Positions 1 to 11,833 of a stretch of DNA of 64,000 nt are shown piece by piece (the stretch's first letter is position 1; each line of letters starts with the position of its first letter). This DNA comes from Flectonema sp. DT1601 (lineage: Eukaryota). The notes under the pieces were generated by a model. It made no database searches and was not told where the DNA came from. It saw only the letters and a list, made by a program, of their open reading frames with translations. Location: the NCBI GenBank assembly GCA_964019425.1, contig OZ025781.1, positions 868,001-932,000 of the forward strand, in the 5' to 3' direction. Made by a program: the position numbers and the translations under genes.

Positions 1-709
1 CTTTATCTTGCAGTTACGAGAAGGGTTTGTATTATTATTTATTTCCTTTTTATGGTGTCAACCTATTTGCCTGAGATAAAACATAAAATTAAAACAGGCA
101 TTCGAAGAGGCGGATGAATTAGCACTTCGCGGGTTAGCAACAACAGCATCGCTGGGTGGAAAAGAGTTTTGTGAAAATACTCCGTTACACGAAGCAGTTA
201 TCTGTTCTCATTTTTCGATCGTTTCGCGACTTTTAACATTCGGTGCGAAGATTGATGCCGTGAATGGAGAAATGAAAACAGCTCTTCATATCGCTGTTGA
301 ATTCAACGAGTTCCGACTCATCGCTTTACTTTGTTCAAGTGGAGCTGACACAACATATCAACACAATGGTAAGACTCCTTTAATAAAAGCAATTGATTAT
401 GATGCTTTCACTGATCAGATTCCAGTATTAGAGATGCTTGCTACTCCCGATGCACTTTTAATCTGCGGTCCGAAAGAGGACACGGCATTGCATCGTGCAG
501 CACTGAATGGAAACTTAATTTTCGTAAAAGCGCTGATTTCGTTTGGCGCGAACCCAAACTCTGTCAACAGCGTTGGGAAGACGGCCATGCAGTACGCTGC
601 AGCATTTGGAGGGAGAGAAAGACCAGCAGTAATTCAATATCTTCATCCTCTATCTTGTAAAGCTGTTCTCAGAGACGTATCTGAACTGGTCTCTGGGAAT
701 GTCGAGTAG
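1..709 (+). CDS. Ankyrin-repeat protein, 5'-partial (exons 1-24, 98-709)
   Basis: Ankyrin motifs TPLHEAV, TALHIAV, TPLIKAI, TALHRAA, TAMQYAA. Intron 25-97 (GTTTGT...AAACAG) joins LYLAVTRR to AFEEADEL in frame. Confidence 0.9.
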
Positions 710-986
710 CAGAAGTTCGACGTACCTCATTTACTCAGCCACAAAGAGCCCACTTTTTCTAATTTCGGGCGAGCTGTTAGTTTCTATGAGATCGTCAGAT
801 CTATTTACACATTTATTGTATTGTCGAATAGTCCGATTAGGAAGTGGAAGTAATTTATTATTTTTCCAAACATTTACTTCATTGAGTCCGTCTGGTGATG
901 AAGGTGTATCAAATTGTTTCTTTACTTGTTGGGTGTTTTATTAAAATATTTTCATAAAAAACAGTTTGTTCTCATGCGACGAAACC

Positions 987-1916
987 ATGCCCGGTAAGAA
1001 GAGTGTTGAGACTGAGCGTCTTTATATTTATCCACATTGGGTGACATGTGACTTCGATAAAAATCCTTATCCTGTTAAAGAAATGCAGTCGAAAGGGTTT
1101 TGGAATGAAATAAAGAATTTATATATCTGTCATTGTTGTTATGAACCATTTTCAGAAAGATTGAAATACGCAATTCACGTGAGGAGTTGTAAGTTAGTCG
1201 GAGGAGTTGTTTACAGCGACACGACTTCTGATGGAATGGATGTGATTGTTTATGAAATAAGAGGTAAAGATCATCCTCTTGTCTGTGCTAAACTTGCTTG
1301 TGTTCTCGGATGTATGGTTCCTGAGAAAGCAGTACTTTATGATATGGATCATTATAATTTATATTCTGTTTATCAAAAGATAAATCGAAAGCCACACTTT
1401 GTTGGTGCCTTCAGTTCACGACCGATACCTGCAGTTTGGCACGAGACTTACTCAGCGTTATCCGTATTCGCTGTGTTACCTCCTTACAGAAGAAAAGGAT
1501 TTGGTACGTTCATGATTAGATTATCGAGAGAGTTATCCCTCTCTCGTATGACTACTCCTCCAACAGCTGAGAGACCCTTTTCTCATATCGGAGGTGTCAG
1601 CCACGGTTCTGTTTGGAGAAAAGATTGTCTCAAAGCAATTCGAGACCTCGTCAACTCCGGAGGCGAGTTTTCACTCGCTGACATTGCTGAACGTGGTCGG
1701 GTAATGGAAGAAGACTTGTTAATGGTTTTATGTTCAATGGGCTTCTTAAAACCAGGTCCTCGTCTTGTTATCAACGAGGAAGCATTTGAATATCTGAAAT
1801 CAAATGAAATCTTCGATCCGGATCTCGTCATGTTCAATCCCGTCATAGGAATCGAACAAAAACCTGTTCTCAGACCGGGTCATATCCTTTCTGAACTTCA
1901 AGACGACAATTCGTAG
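987..1916 (+). CDS. Small MYST-family (MOZ/SAS) histone acetyltransferase
   Basis: C2HC finger (LYICHCCYEPF...HVRSC), VYEIRG, EKAVLYD, acetyl-CoA motif VLPPYRRKGFG, AERPFSHIG (catalytic Glu). First in-frame ATG at 987. Confidence 0.88.
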   Translation: MPGKKSVETERLYIYPHWVTCDFDKNPYPVKEMQSKGFWNEIKNLYICHCCYEPFSERLKYAIHVRSCKLVGGVVYSDTTSDGMDVIVYEIRGKDHPLVCAKLACVLGCMVPEKAVLYDMDHYNLYSVYQKINRKPHFVGAFSSRPIPAVWHETYSALSVFAVLPPYRRKGFGTFMIRLSRELSLSRMTTPPTAERPFSHIGGVSHGSVWRKDCLKAIRDLVNSGGEFSLADIAERGRVMEEDLLMVLCSMGFLKPGPRLVINEEAFEYLKSNEIFDPDLVMFNPVIGIEQKPVLRPGHILSELQDDNS

Positions 1917-2108
1917 CTCCCATTATTGGAACCTCACCGTCTAAAAGAAGTGGCTGTTTGTTAATCAGCCGTTAGTTATTATTATCTGTTAGAAGTATCT
2001 TGTATGTGGTAATTAGCCACTGTTACCAAGTTGGTTGTCAGTTTGAATTGTTTGTTTATTCCCCCTCTCAATCGAACAGGTGATTATACACACACATCTT
2101 TATTAACA

Positions 2109-3995
2109 ATGGCCCGCGAAGATGTCATCTCAACTGCGAGTGAAATGAGCTACGACCCTTACGCAGAGATTCCTGCAGACATGAGCCAGTCATCACAGAT
2201 GGTATGTATTTAAATCTCCCTTTGTGTAGTTGTGTAGTTGGTCAGGTGCAGTATTTAAAACACGAACAAACAGAACGTTCCTGTCAGCACTACACACATG
2301 CCATACGCCTCGTACGCTGGTATGCAGCAACAGCAGCAGTACCTCAGCGTTGTTCACCCGTCAGGTAAGGTTGCTTATATTCCTTACCAAGAGGGAACTT
2401 CTGTCGCAGTTATGAAGGAAGAGGTTGCTAGACAATTGCGACTTAACATGCAGGACGGGATTCAGTTAGCGAGAGTCACTCCAATGCTGGAAGATGTATG
2501 TACTCGTCTATCGTATCTTTCGTATTGTTGAAGTCATGAAACTCACTTCAATCACTTGAAGAGTACAACTGATAAAACTAATTATAACAACAGACTCCAG
2601 TAGACAGGCAGTGCATGGCGAATGATGTTCTTTACATTTTGCCAAACACGACGAAGCAACAGGAATTACAACAAATGTACCCTCAGACAGAAGTTGTGGG
2701 TCAGCCAGGTACTCCACTGGTCCCTTCCGTTCCAAGCACTCCTTTGAGCGCATCTGGCAATTCGTTCACATCTGCGATGTACCACTCTAACGTGTCCTCG
2801 TTCTCACAGAACTCCATGACCATCCAGTCTATGGGTATGATTTGGTTATTTATTGTTTTAATGACTTATATTCTTTAATAATAATCAAAATACTCCTTCC
2901 ACAAACAGGACAAGGCTGGCCGGTACAGTTGGAGGATAAACTTCAGAATGCCGCTGCTACTCTTCTTCAGGTAATCTCACAGAGCAGACAGTGCACAGAA
3001 TTACAGCAGGATCTTGAGACCGCCATGTCGAGGGGTCTTGACTGCAGTGCTGTCTTCCAGGCAGTTGAAAGACACCTCCCGGACCTGATTCTTCACCCTT
3101 CAGGTAACTACCTCGTTTCGAAGTGTTTCGAGTTGTGCCCAAGTCTTATTGATAGCGCCACTGCAATTATCTGTGGAGATGTATGTGTTCTCTTAATTTC
3201 CAACAGTTGGATTTCTCATAGCGTCTGAAGTGTTTTTGAAAACTTTAAATGAAAACACAAAACAGGTTCGCATGTATGCCCTTCACAAACATGGTTCATA
3301 CGTAGTTGAGGCTATCCTCGGTAACACAAGAGGAAGCAAGCAATCCAAGTGCGATTTGATCACCGCCCTGTTGAACCATCAGAACAGAATCATCGTTGCG
3401 ACTCACGATTCTGGAAACTTCGTCCTCCAGAGAGCGATCGAGTATGTCATTTATATTGTTTGGTAGAAAGTTGAAGTTTAGGTCTTTTGGACAACAAGAA
3501 ACTTAAATAATTAGGTACTGTCCTGATGAACTCCTCTGGCACCTTCAGGAAGCTATTAATTCAGTGTTTCACATGTCTACTCACGGACCAAAGATGTTGA
3601 AGAAATTGGAGACACGTATTCTGAAGTCAGTTGGAAGTGGAAATGGTAATGTTCCTCTCAGCAACAACAGTATGAGTTTACCTCTTCCAGCATCAACGAT
3701 GGCCTACATGAACCAGGTGAATGGAACCCAACAGACCCAATCGACTCCAATAGTTGCCAAGACTGAGGTTACAGCTGTGCCGACAAAGGAAGAAGAGAAG
3801 AACGACGGTAAAGAAACCTGGGTGATCGACACTGCGGAAACCCCAAAGGAAATAGTTCCAAAGGAAAAGTTAACTGCTGTCAGAAGCTTTGAATACCGTA
3901 CTCAGTACAGCGGGGAATCCTGGGCAGATGCTGAGGACGATCCACTTTCACCTCCTCCAATGTTCACCGAGGGAGGAAGAGTTCCTATCCCGTAG
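2109..3995 (+). CDS. Pumilio/PUF-repeat RNA-binding protein, 6 exons (2109-2201, 2274-2495, 2594-2834, 2909-3180, 3266-3441, 3515-3995)
   Basis: Five GTATG...AG introns join the short ORFs into one frame. PUF-like repeats HPSGNYLVS, HKHGSYVVE, HDSGNFVLQ, STHGPKMLK. Confidence 0.8.
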
Positions 3996-4365
3996 ACGGC
4001 TTGTTGCAGTTAGTTTTGTACCATACTCGTGCCTCGCATTTATCGAGCCAAACTTATTAAAATATTAATTGGAAAGTCTTCTTTTTTATTTTATTAGATT
4101 CCCCAAGTACCCATCCCCTCCTTCGAGACGATAATAAAGTGTGGAAAGCGATGTGCTAGGCAGCCTGGTATCAATCGCTTCCCACTGAGTTTCCCTCCTC
4201 TTACATGACGTGCAACCCGATTGTGCAAAAGAAATTGAAAAGAACTTCCCCTCACTGTTCATTTGAATTTTTTTATTTTTTCGTACAATTCAGTTCTTAA
4301 AAGGTGTCCCACGAAAAGTCGAAGTGAAGGTACTGAGACAAGTTAAGTTAACAATTGAGAACGCG

Positions 4366-4490
4366 AAAAAAAAAACAAAAACAAGACTATTAAAAAAAAA
4401 CAAAAAAAAAAACAAAAAAAAAAAAACAATTTAAAATTAACAAAAAATAACAAAAGAAAACAAAAGTATAAAAAAAACAAAACGAAAAAC
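4366..4490. repeat. A-rich low-complexity tract
   Basis: Runs of A interrupted by single C/T, downstream of the PUF gene. Confidence 0.9.
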
Positions 4491-5202
4491 GACTTAAAAA
4501 GACGTTTCAAAATTAGAATTATTATTAAAACACAATAAGGAAATAACGTAATCGTAACACCAGAGGCAATAGATGCCTTCTCGTGGTAAACTTAGCAGTT
4601 GTCCATTCATTCCTCCACATAGATTGTTTGTTTTCTTTTTCTCAGTTCCTATGTACGTAAATAAGCTACGTAGCTCTGTCAAAAAGCCTTTCGATGGGTG
4701 CATTGTCACCTCACTTCGGAAATAAAACCTTTTTGTTATTCTACCCTTTCAACCTTCTGCTGCATGCTGGCTATCTTTCTTCTTCCATAGTCGCTAAATA
4801 GCTTTTATTGGTTGGTTATAATTACCTTACGACTGGGAGTCTCATTTTTTTTTCTCATTTTTTATTACAAAAAAAAAGTTTCAGTAATTCATTACCTTGG
4901 CAATCATAAGCAGGATTTCCTTCAAAGAAATGCTGGTGAAATACTCGAAAAAAAAGCTGCCGTTAATTTGTCACTCCGCCCATTAGATCCTCCCACCGAA
5001 CTCCCTCACCTTCCCAAAACCCATTCCTTGTCAATATTGTTCAGAAAAAAAAGAAAAATACCAGCAGAAGTGAAGGCCAAAGATTCCGAACAAAGAACTG
5101 CCGGGCAATGCATCAGTGCGTTGCTCTGTATTAGTTCTTTTCTCCTCCCTCTCGTTGGAGTTTCTTATTCAAAAATATATTAACATCTTCTCTCCATTCT
5201 TC

Positions 5203-5373
5203 AGACGTATGAACATCACCTAAAGGAGTATTGCGATGGGTTGCTTAGGTTTAGTGGAAGACGTATGAACATCACCTAAAGGAGTATTGCGATGGGTTGC
5301 TTAGGTGGAAGACGTATGAACATCACCTAAAGGAGTATTGCGATGGGTTGCTTAGGTTTAGTGGAAGACGTAT
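5203..5373 (+). repeat. Tandem repeat, three units of 56/51/56 bp plus an 8-bp partial
   Basis: Unit AGACGTATGAACATCACCTAAAGGAGTATTGCGATGGGTTGCTTAGGTTTAGTGGA starts at 5203, 5259 (lacking 5 nt) and 5310. Confidence 0.95.
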
Positions 5374-5410
5374 TGTCAATCATCTCATTTTTTTTAATAA
5401 GTTCACAGCA

Positions 5411-5818
5411 ATGGATGTGGACGGGGAGCATTGTGATGTTAAAGTTAGTGACTTGCAGCAGGTAATTGAATGTCAAAGAGAGACTATCTCCTATCTGAGG
5501 GAGCAATTGAAAGCCAAGGATGAGGAATGGCTGATGGAAGTGGAGAGGAAGACGAAGGAAAATGATCGTTTGAGAGAAAGAGTTTCGGAACTCGTGTTTC
5601 AATCAGCGATGCAGTCGAACGAAAGTTCGTTAGTAGTTCATACTCAAGGTGGAAGTACTCAAAGTGGAAGATCAAATATTATGAAATCTAAAAGAGCTGC
5701 ATCCCCTCGTCCTCTTCAAATGATAGATCGCTCGGGTTATTCCTCTTCTGAGGCAGCTTCTGAGTTTCTATCGAATGAGCTCAAACGCCTCCGCGTCAGC
5801 ATCCCCACCCCGTCCTAG
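5411..5818 (+). CDS. Hypothetical coiled-coil protein (~135 aa)
   Basis: First in-frame ATG after the tandem repeat. Heptad-like segment LQQVIECQRETISYLREQLKAKD...LRERVSEL, then a Ser-rich tail. Confidence 0.6.
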   Translation: MDVDGEHCDVKVSDLQQVIECQRETISYLREQLKAKDEEWLMEVERKTKENDRLRERVSELVFQSAMQSNESSLVVHTQGGSTQSGRSNIMKSKRAASPRPLQMIDRSGYSSSEAASEFLSNELKRLRVSIPTPS

Positions 5819-6298
5819 CTCGCCATCTGAAAAATCAGCAGCAACTCATCTTTAGTAGTTTAGTCAGCTTTTCCTTTGCGATTTGTACTTTAGTTTACCA
5901 AAATTATTCTTTTGTTTCGTTAGTTTGAAGGAATGTCGTAGTTTGTCTCCTGACAAAAGTAACGACAGGTACCTCTTGAAGTTGAAACATGAAATGTGTT
6001 AAAACATCTCGAGGGTATCAGATACTTTGTACTAATTATTTATTCCTCACTATCCGAATCGACGACTTCTTTGTTGTCAAGTGAAAAGACTAAAGGATTC
6101 CTAGCCCGCTCTTTCAGTAGTTTTCGTGTCGGTTGCTTCCGACTTTATACCGTGTACCAGGTTATGAGTAAGAATTGATTTCCGCACTTTAAAAAGAGAA
6201 CAAATAAATGGCGGATGGGGATAGCATTTGTGTGGAGGTCACTTTTACAGGGTTTTCAGTAACAACATTTATGATTTTATCTACAGAGTGACATTAAA

Positions 6299-9200
6299 AT
6301 GCATCGATTACGCCCCCTAGCAAGGACTGGAAGGGTCCAGACTAGTGGGCAAAGAAGAGCCTGTCAGGCTATGCGTGTTGTACAACCGAGGAACTCAGAG
6401 ACGGTTCTGAACTCTACGTCACTCGAATATTTAGAAAATGCTTCAAAGTTAGTAGCAGACGGGGGCAGGTTAGATAAAGGAATTGAGAAGGTCATCGAAA
6501 CTGCAGACACCGAGGAAGATCTGAACATCAGTGTAGTTCCTTACTCGGTAGAGAGACCAGTTCGGGAGTCTGACAGAAGCGCAACCTCCGAAGAAATAAA
6601 GGACGCCATTAAAGTTGCTCAAATGGTGAGAGCCTTCTCAGCCAGAGGCCACTTGATGTGCGATTTAGATCCGCTCGGCCTTCTGAAAAATGGTGTCGAT
6701 AGAAGTGGAGATGTCCCTGATGAGTTAGACCCTGAGTACTTCGGGTTTACTGAAGCTGACATGGATCGTCAGTTTAGAGTTCAGATGCATCAGGATATCG
6801 GAGGATTCTTTTCAAAGGGTGGGCGGATGTCACTTCGCGAACTTCTGGAGAAGCTGAAGCAGATATACTGCGGCAGAATTGGATGGGAATTTATGCACAT
6901 CCCAGACAGAGAGACTACCAGATGGTTGAGAGACAGACTTGAGATGCCTGAGAAGGTGGAGATCACTCCATTGCCTGAGAAGAGACGTCGTATTCTCGAA
7001 GATTTGGCAACCGCTGAGCTCTTTGAGGGATTCCTTCACAAGAAATATCCAACAAAAAGATTTGGATTAGACGGAGGTGACTCGTTGATTCCTGGAATGG
7101 TTGCCTTAGTAGACAAGGCAGCTGAAATGGGAGTTGAAGATGTAGTTATTGGAATGCCTCACAGAGGTCGTCTCAACGTGTTGGCAAATGTTTGCGGAAA
7201 GCCACTCGTGCAAATGCTATCCGAGTTCCAAGATGTGTTACCTGAAAATGAATTCGGAAGTGGAGACGTGAAATACCACTTGGGAACAGTTCAGGATAGA
7301 ATTACTAGAAGTGGAAAGTCAATTCGTCTTTCATTAGTCGCCAACCCGAGTCACTTGGAAGCAGTGAATCCTGTTGTCACAGGTAAGACAAGAGCAAAGC
7401 AACGTTACGCAAAAGATCACGACGGCGATAAATCGATACCAATTCTTCTTCACGGAGACGCTGCTTTCTCAGGTCAGGGAATTTGCTACGAAACAATGGG
7501 TCTCGCTAACCTCTACCGTTACACTTGTGGTGGTACCATTCATATTGTTGTTAACAACCAGATTGGATTCACAACTAATCCGCAGGAAAATAGATCATCA
7601 CCATACTGCACTGATATTGGTAAGCAAGGTAACCCTGTATTCCACGTTAACGGAGATGATCCAGAGAGTGTTGTTCGCGTCTGTGAAATGGCTCTCGAGT
7701 TTCGTCAGAAGTGGAAAAAGGATGTCATTATCGATCTCATTTGTTACAGAAGACATGGTCACAATGAGAAAGATGAACCGATGTTCACTCAACCAATGAT
7801 GTACCAGGCGATTAGTAAGCACCCTTCTGTGTTGACAACCTACGAGAAGCAGTTAATGGCAGAAGGTGTCGTCACAGCTTCAGAGGCTAGTGGTGTTCGT
7901 AAAACAGTTGAAAAAAACCTAAGGGATGAGTTCAAGAAAGCACAGAACCACGAACCTCAGCGTGTCGATTGGCTCGAGTCGAGATGGGAGTACTACAGAA
8001 CTAGCAGTCAGCTGGCGTTCTTTAATTCTACAGGTGTACCTGAGGAGAAGTTGAGAGAAATTGGTCTCAAATTGTGTCAGGTACCAGATACCTTCACTCC
8101 TCACCAAAAGCTGAGAGCCATCTTAGCTCGTAATGAGGCAGCCATTAAATCTGGTCAGGGAATCGAATGGGGAACTGCAGAGGCTCTCGCTTTCGCTACT
8201 CTCCTCTTGGAAGGTAACCATGTGAGACTCAGTGGTCAGGATGTTGAGAGAGGAACTTTCAGTCAGAGACACGCAGTCCTTGTTGACTACAACACAGCTG
8301 AGCAGTACTGCGCTCTGGGTAGTCTCCACAGCACTCAAGCGCACTTTGAAGTTTGCAACTCCTCCCTCTCTGAGTACGGAGTTCTTGGATTTGAGGTTGG
8401 CTACAGTATGGAGAATCCAGCTTCTTTAGTATTGTGGGAAGCGCAGTTCGGTGACTTTGCAAACGGAGCTCAAGTAATCTTCGATCAATTCTTATCTTCT
8501 GGTGAAGCCAAGTGGGTGAGACAGTGTGGTTTAACAGTTCTGCTTCCTCACGGATATGACGGACAAGGACCAGAACACTCTTCAGCGAGATTGGAAAGGT
8601 TTTTAATTATGGCTGATGAGGATGAAGAAGGACCACAATTGGGAGGTGAATTTAACCTCAGCATGGACTCTGAAAAGCAAATTATGCTCTGCAACTGGCA
8701 AGTGTGCTACCCAACCACACCAGCTCAATACTTCCATCTTCTTCGTAGGCAACTTCACAGAGAATTCAGAAAGCCTCTAATCGTCTTCGTGTATGTAACC
8801 ATCTCTGCTCTGTTCACTTATTCGGTGTATTTATTTTTGTGATTGGGATTTGAGTAGTGAAAAAACAATAAAAAAACAGCTCGAAATCTGGTCTCAGATC
8901 TCCGAATGTCTCCAGCTTGTCGGAATTCGCTTCCGCATCCTATCAACTTGGTATGTGTTTCAATGCAATGGTGGCATTGCCGTTACTTTATAGCACTGAA
9001 AAGACTCATCGCAAAAATAACAATAAAAAATAAACAGTTATCGATGACGGTGCCAAGGAACTAGTTTCACCAGCAATTCTGGTAAAGAGAGTTGCCCTGG
9101 TGTCGGGACAAATGTACTTCAGGGCTGTCGAGGAGAGAAAGAAGAGAGGAAGGTGGGATGTTGCGTTGGTGAGAGTTGAGCAGTTGGCGCCTTTCCCATT

Positions 9201-9525
9201 CTCTGATCTTTTGGACATCGTTAACAGATACAGTAACGCTGAGTTCTGCTGGCTTCAGGAAGAACCTAGAAACATGGGTGCATGGAATCACGTAAGACCT
9301 CGTTTCAGAACTACTGTTAAACAAGCTGGACTGAGCTGTGGAAAGCTGAGATTCATTGGAAGAACTTCTTCTGCTTCACCAGCAACTGGTCACATGGTTT
9401 GTAGTCTTTTGTTAAATATTCTTCTTGTGAAGCAATACACGTTGTCAATTATTAACATTTAAACTAAACAGGACATCCATACGGCTGAGCACGAGGCCAT
9501 CATGAATGAGCTCTTTGAGGAGTAG
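6299..9525 (+). CDS. OGDH: 2-oxoglutarate dehydrogenase E1 subunit, 4 exons (6299-8790, 8880-8950, 9038-9396, 9472-9525)
   Basis: Motifs GMPHRGRLN, GDVKYHLG, NPSHLE, LHGDAAF, YRRHGHNE, QGPEHSSAR, QEEPRNMG, SPATG. Arg-rich presequence-like N-terminus. Three GT-AG introns restore the frame. Confidence 0.96.
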
Positions 9526-10589
9526 GAACGCGTTTCGTACTGACAGAAGACTCAAAGCAAAACGTATACGAGAAACGTTTTTGTACACTAACAGGGGAAG
9601 CTTCCATGTTAAACTACCAGGAAGAAGAACCTTTCACAACCAGGACCCTATATTTCGGACCCCTTTGCTTCTTTGAAGCCTGTTGTTTCTTATTATAAAA
9701 GCGTCCTAACGGATGCAGTGTGATAAATAAAAGTATCAGAAATGAGTCTTTTTTCATTTTCTTTAATCCCTTGTCCGCAAGTGGGCTGTATTTCCTTTCG
9801 TTCCCATCCCCATTTCTGATTCCCTTTGGTCCTTTAGTTCTCAATTTGTATTCGAGAGAGTAGCTCAAGCCATGCCGAAATACTAATTGTTGCTGTTGCT
9901 AAGGTTTTCATTGTTCGTGCGAGTGACTTGTTTGGAAGCCCGAGGGCTGCTTGACGGATTGGCGGCATACTTCATTCAGAGAGTGCGGACGGTTGATTTC
10001 TGTTAACTCGTTACTTCCATTCTCGGATGCGTGCAGTAGACCCGGATGACTGTACCTCGGAATGCATCCACAGGCTGCGATGATTCCTCCCATGCTTTAG
10101 GTGAGATCTTTTGTTTGGTGTTGCGACGTGATTAAGATAATAAAATAGCTTCCTGGAGTAGTTCTCAGTTGTTATAAAGAATCTGCTGCAACCAATCCCT
10201 CTGCAGCTGTCAAGTGTTCTCAAGTGTTCAATTTATTCTTAATTTAGTGAATGAATAACAAAAGAACGCTTTTCCCCCTTTTTTTTTTTAAAGGGATTAA
10301 CAGTTTGATAACTTTTATACAGAAAGAAAAGGTACGGAATAACTTCCCGTGTGAAGCTCTTTCCATGTTTTGCGGCTTACGTGTTGCAAACAACGATAAA
10401 AATAGAATCAAGATTACTGCAGCTGGTTACCTTATCTTGTTTAAGATTCAACACAAAAGATGTAACTGGATTCCGTGTGTGTGCTGGAAATTATTTTCTT
10501 CTTGTTGTCCTATTTGTGTTCCCGTTTAGTTATTATCGTCGTCCAGTGTTGGTTCTCGGACACAACTTATTATTTATACCAACAAAAAG

Positions 10590-11642
10590 ATGAAACGTTC
10601 GAAAACGCCACACGCAGTGGAAGAAGTTGATGGGTTTGTTGAATGTGGTGAGAATTGTGTGAAGAGGCACAACGGAAATTGCGAGAAGTGCGGATTGTCA
10701 TGGAAGGACCACATTGGTCATCGATGTCGGAATGGAAATCGAGGAAGTTGGCTGATGGTCGCAATCCCAGGAGACACGGAAATTACGATCGACAAAAACA
10801 AAAACCGCCTTCCGTTTGGAAATAAACACCTCCTCTGTAAGGGGATTTGCGTCTTATCTCCAGACAGTCGAATATTTATTTTGATTTGCATCATAATTAT
10901 ACTCCCTGTGACGTTCTTTGTCTACACTAACAATAATTTATTTATTAGAATCGGTGCCCTGTTTCTTGCAGGAGGAAGCTTGCTAACTGGAGCAATGGCT
11001 GTGCTGTTAGACCCTGGTATAGAACCAGCTCAGAATAATCCTTGTCCAGAAGCACCTCAGATTCCTTTGCGATGTGGAGGAGAGCTATTGAAGGCAGGCG
11101 ATGAAATTGTTGAATTTGAAGGAGTGCAAGTAGTTAGAAAATGGTGCAATACTTGTGGAATGTTACGACCTCTCAGAGCAGCTCATTGTTCTGACTGTGA
11201 TGTTTGTGTTAACGAATTTGATCATCACTGTGTCGTAATCGGTGCTTGTGTCGGCGAGCGAACTTTCCGTTTCTTTGCGATGTTTCTGTGGTTTATATCC
11301 ATCCTCTGTTGGTACATGTGTGTTATTTCTATTTATACAATTTCTGACTTAATTGACAAACGAAAATTCAATCGCAAAAATCCGATGTTTTCAAAAGTAC
11401 TATTTGGATACATAATTCTCATCGTGGTTACGACTATTATTGGAATGTGTGTGATGGGATTTTCTACTTATTATTGCTTCTTGTCGTGCAAGGGGCAGAC
11501 GGAGAGGGAAAATTTCAGGGACGAAGGGGAATCAAATCCCTACAGCAAGGGAAGCTTTTTCACGAATTGGTGTGATCGTATTACAGGTGACCTCCCGCCT
11601 TCGAAAATATTTTCCAGCGGTGAGTTTGTACGACTCGAATAG
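10590..11642 (+). CDS. DHHC palmitoyl-acyltransferase
   Basis: Cys-rich domain KWCNTC...RPLRAAHCSDCDVCVNEFDHHC, DPG motif, four hydrophobic segments, TERE and NPYS motifs. Confidence 0.95.
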   Translation: MKRSKTPHAVEEVDGFVECGENCVKRHNGNCEKCGLSWKDHIGHRCRNGNRGSWLMVAIPGDTEITIDKNKNRLPFGNKHLLCKGICVLSPDSRIFILICIIIILPVTFFVYTNNNLFIRIGALFLAGGSLLTGAMAVLLDPGIEPAQNNPCPEAPQIPLRCGGELLKAGDEIVEFEGVQVVRKWCNTCGMLRPLRAAHCSDCDVCVNEFDHHCVVIGACVGERTFRFFAMFLWFISILCWYMCVISIYTISDLIDKRKFNRKNPMFSKVLFGYIILIVVTTIIGMCVMGFSTYYCFLSCKGQTERENFRDEGESNPYSKGSFFTNWCDRITGDLPPSKIFSSGEFVRLE

Positions 11643-11833
11643 TCATATTTTTGATTTAAGTTTTTTCTAATTCGTTATTTTATTAACGTTTGCATTTTTT
11701 TGTTCAGTTTCGCGGTAGTAAAAATTTCCCAGATTTTATGAAAGGGGAACCAAAAATTTAGAGGTGACTGGTTTTAAAAACCTAAATTAGATATTTAATT
11801 ATTTATTTCTATTAGAAAGAAAAATCTTACAAA

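Noticed and set aside
5203..5373. CRISPR array
   Set aside because: Units are contiguous with no unique spacers, there are no cas genes, and the context is eukaryotic.
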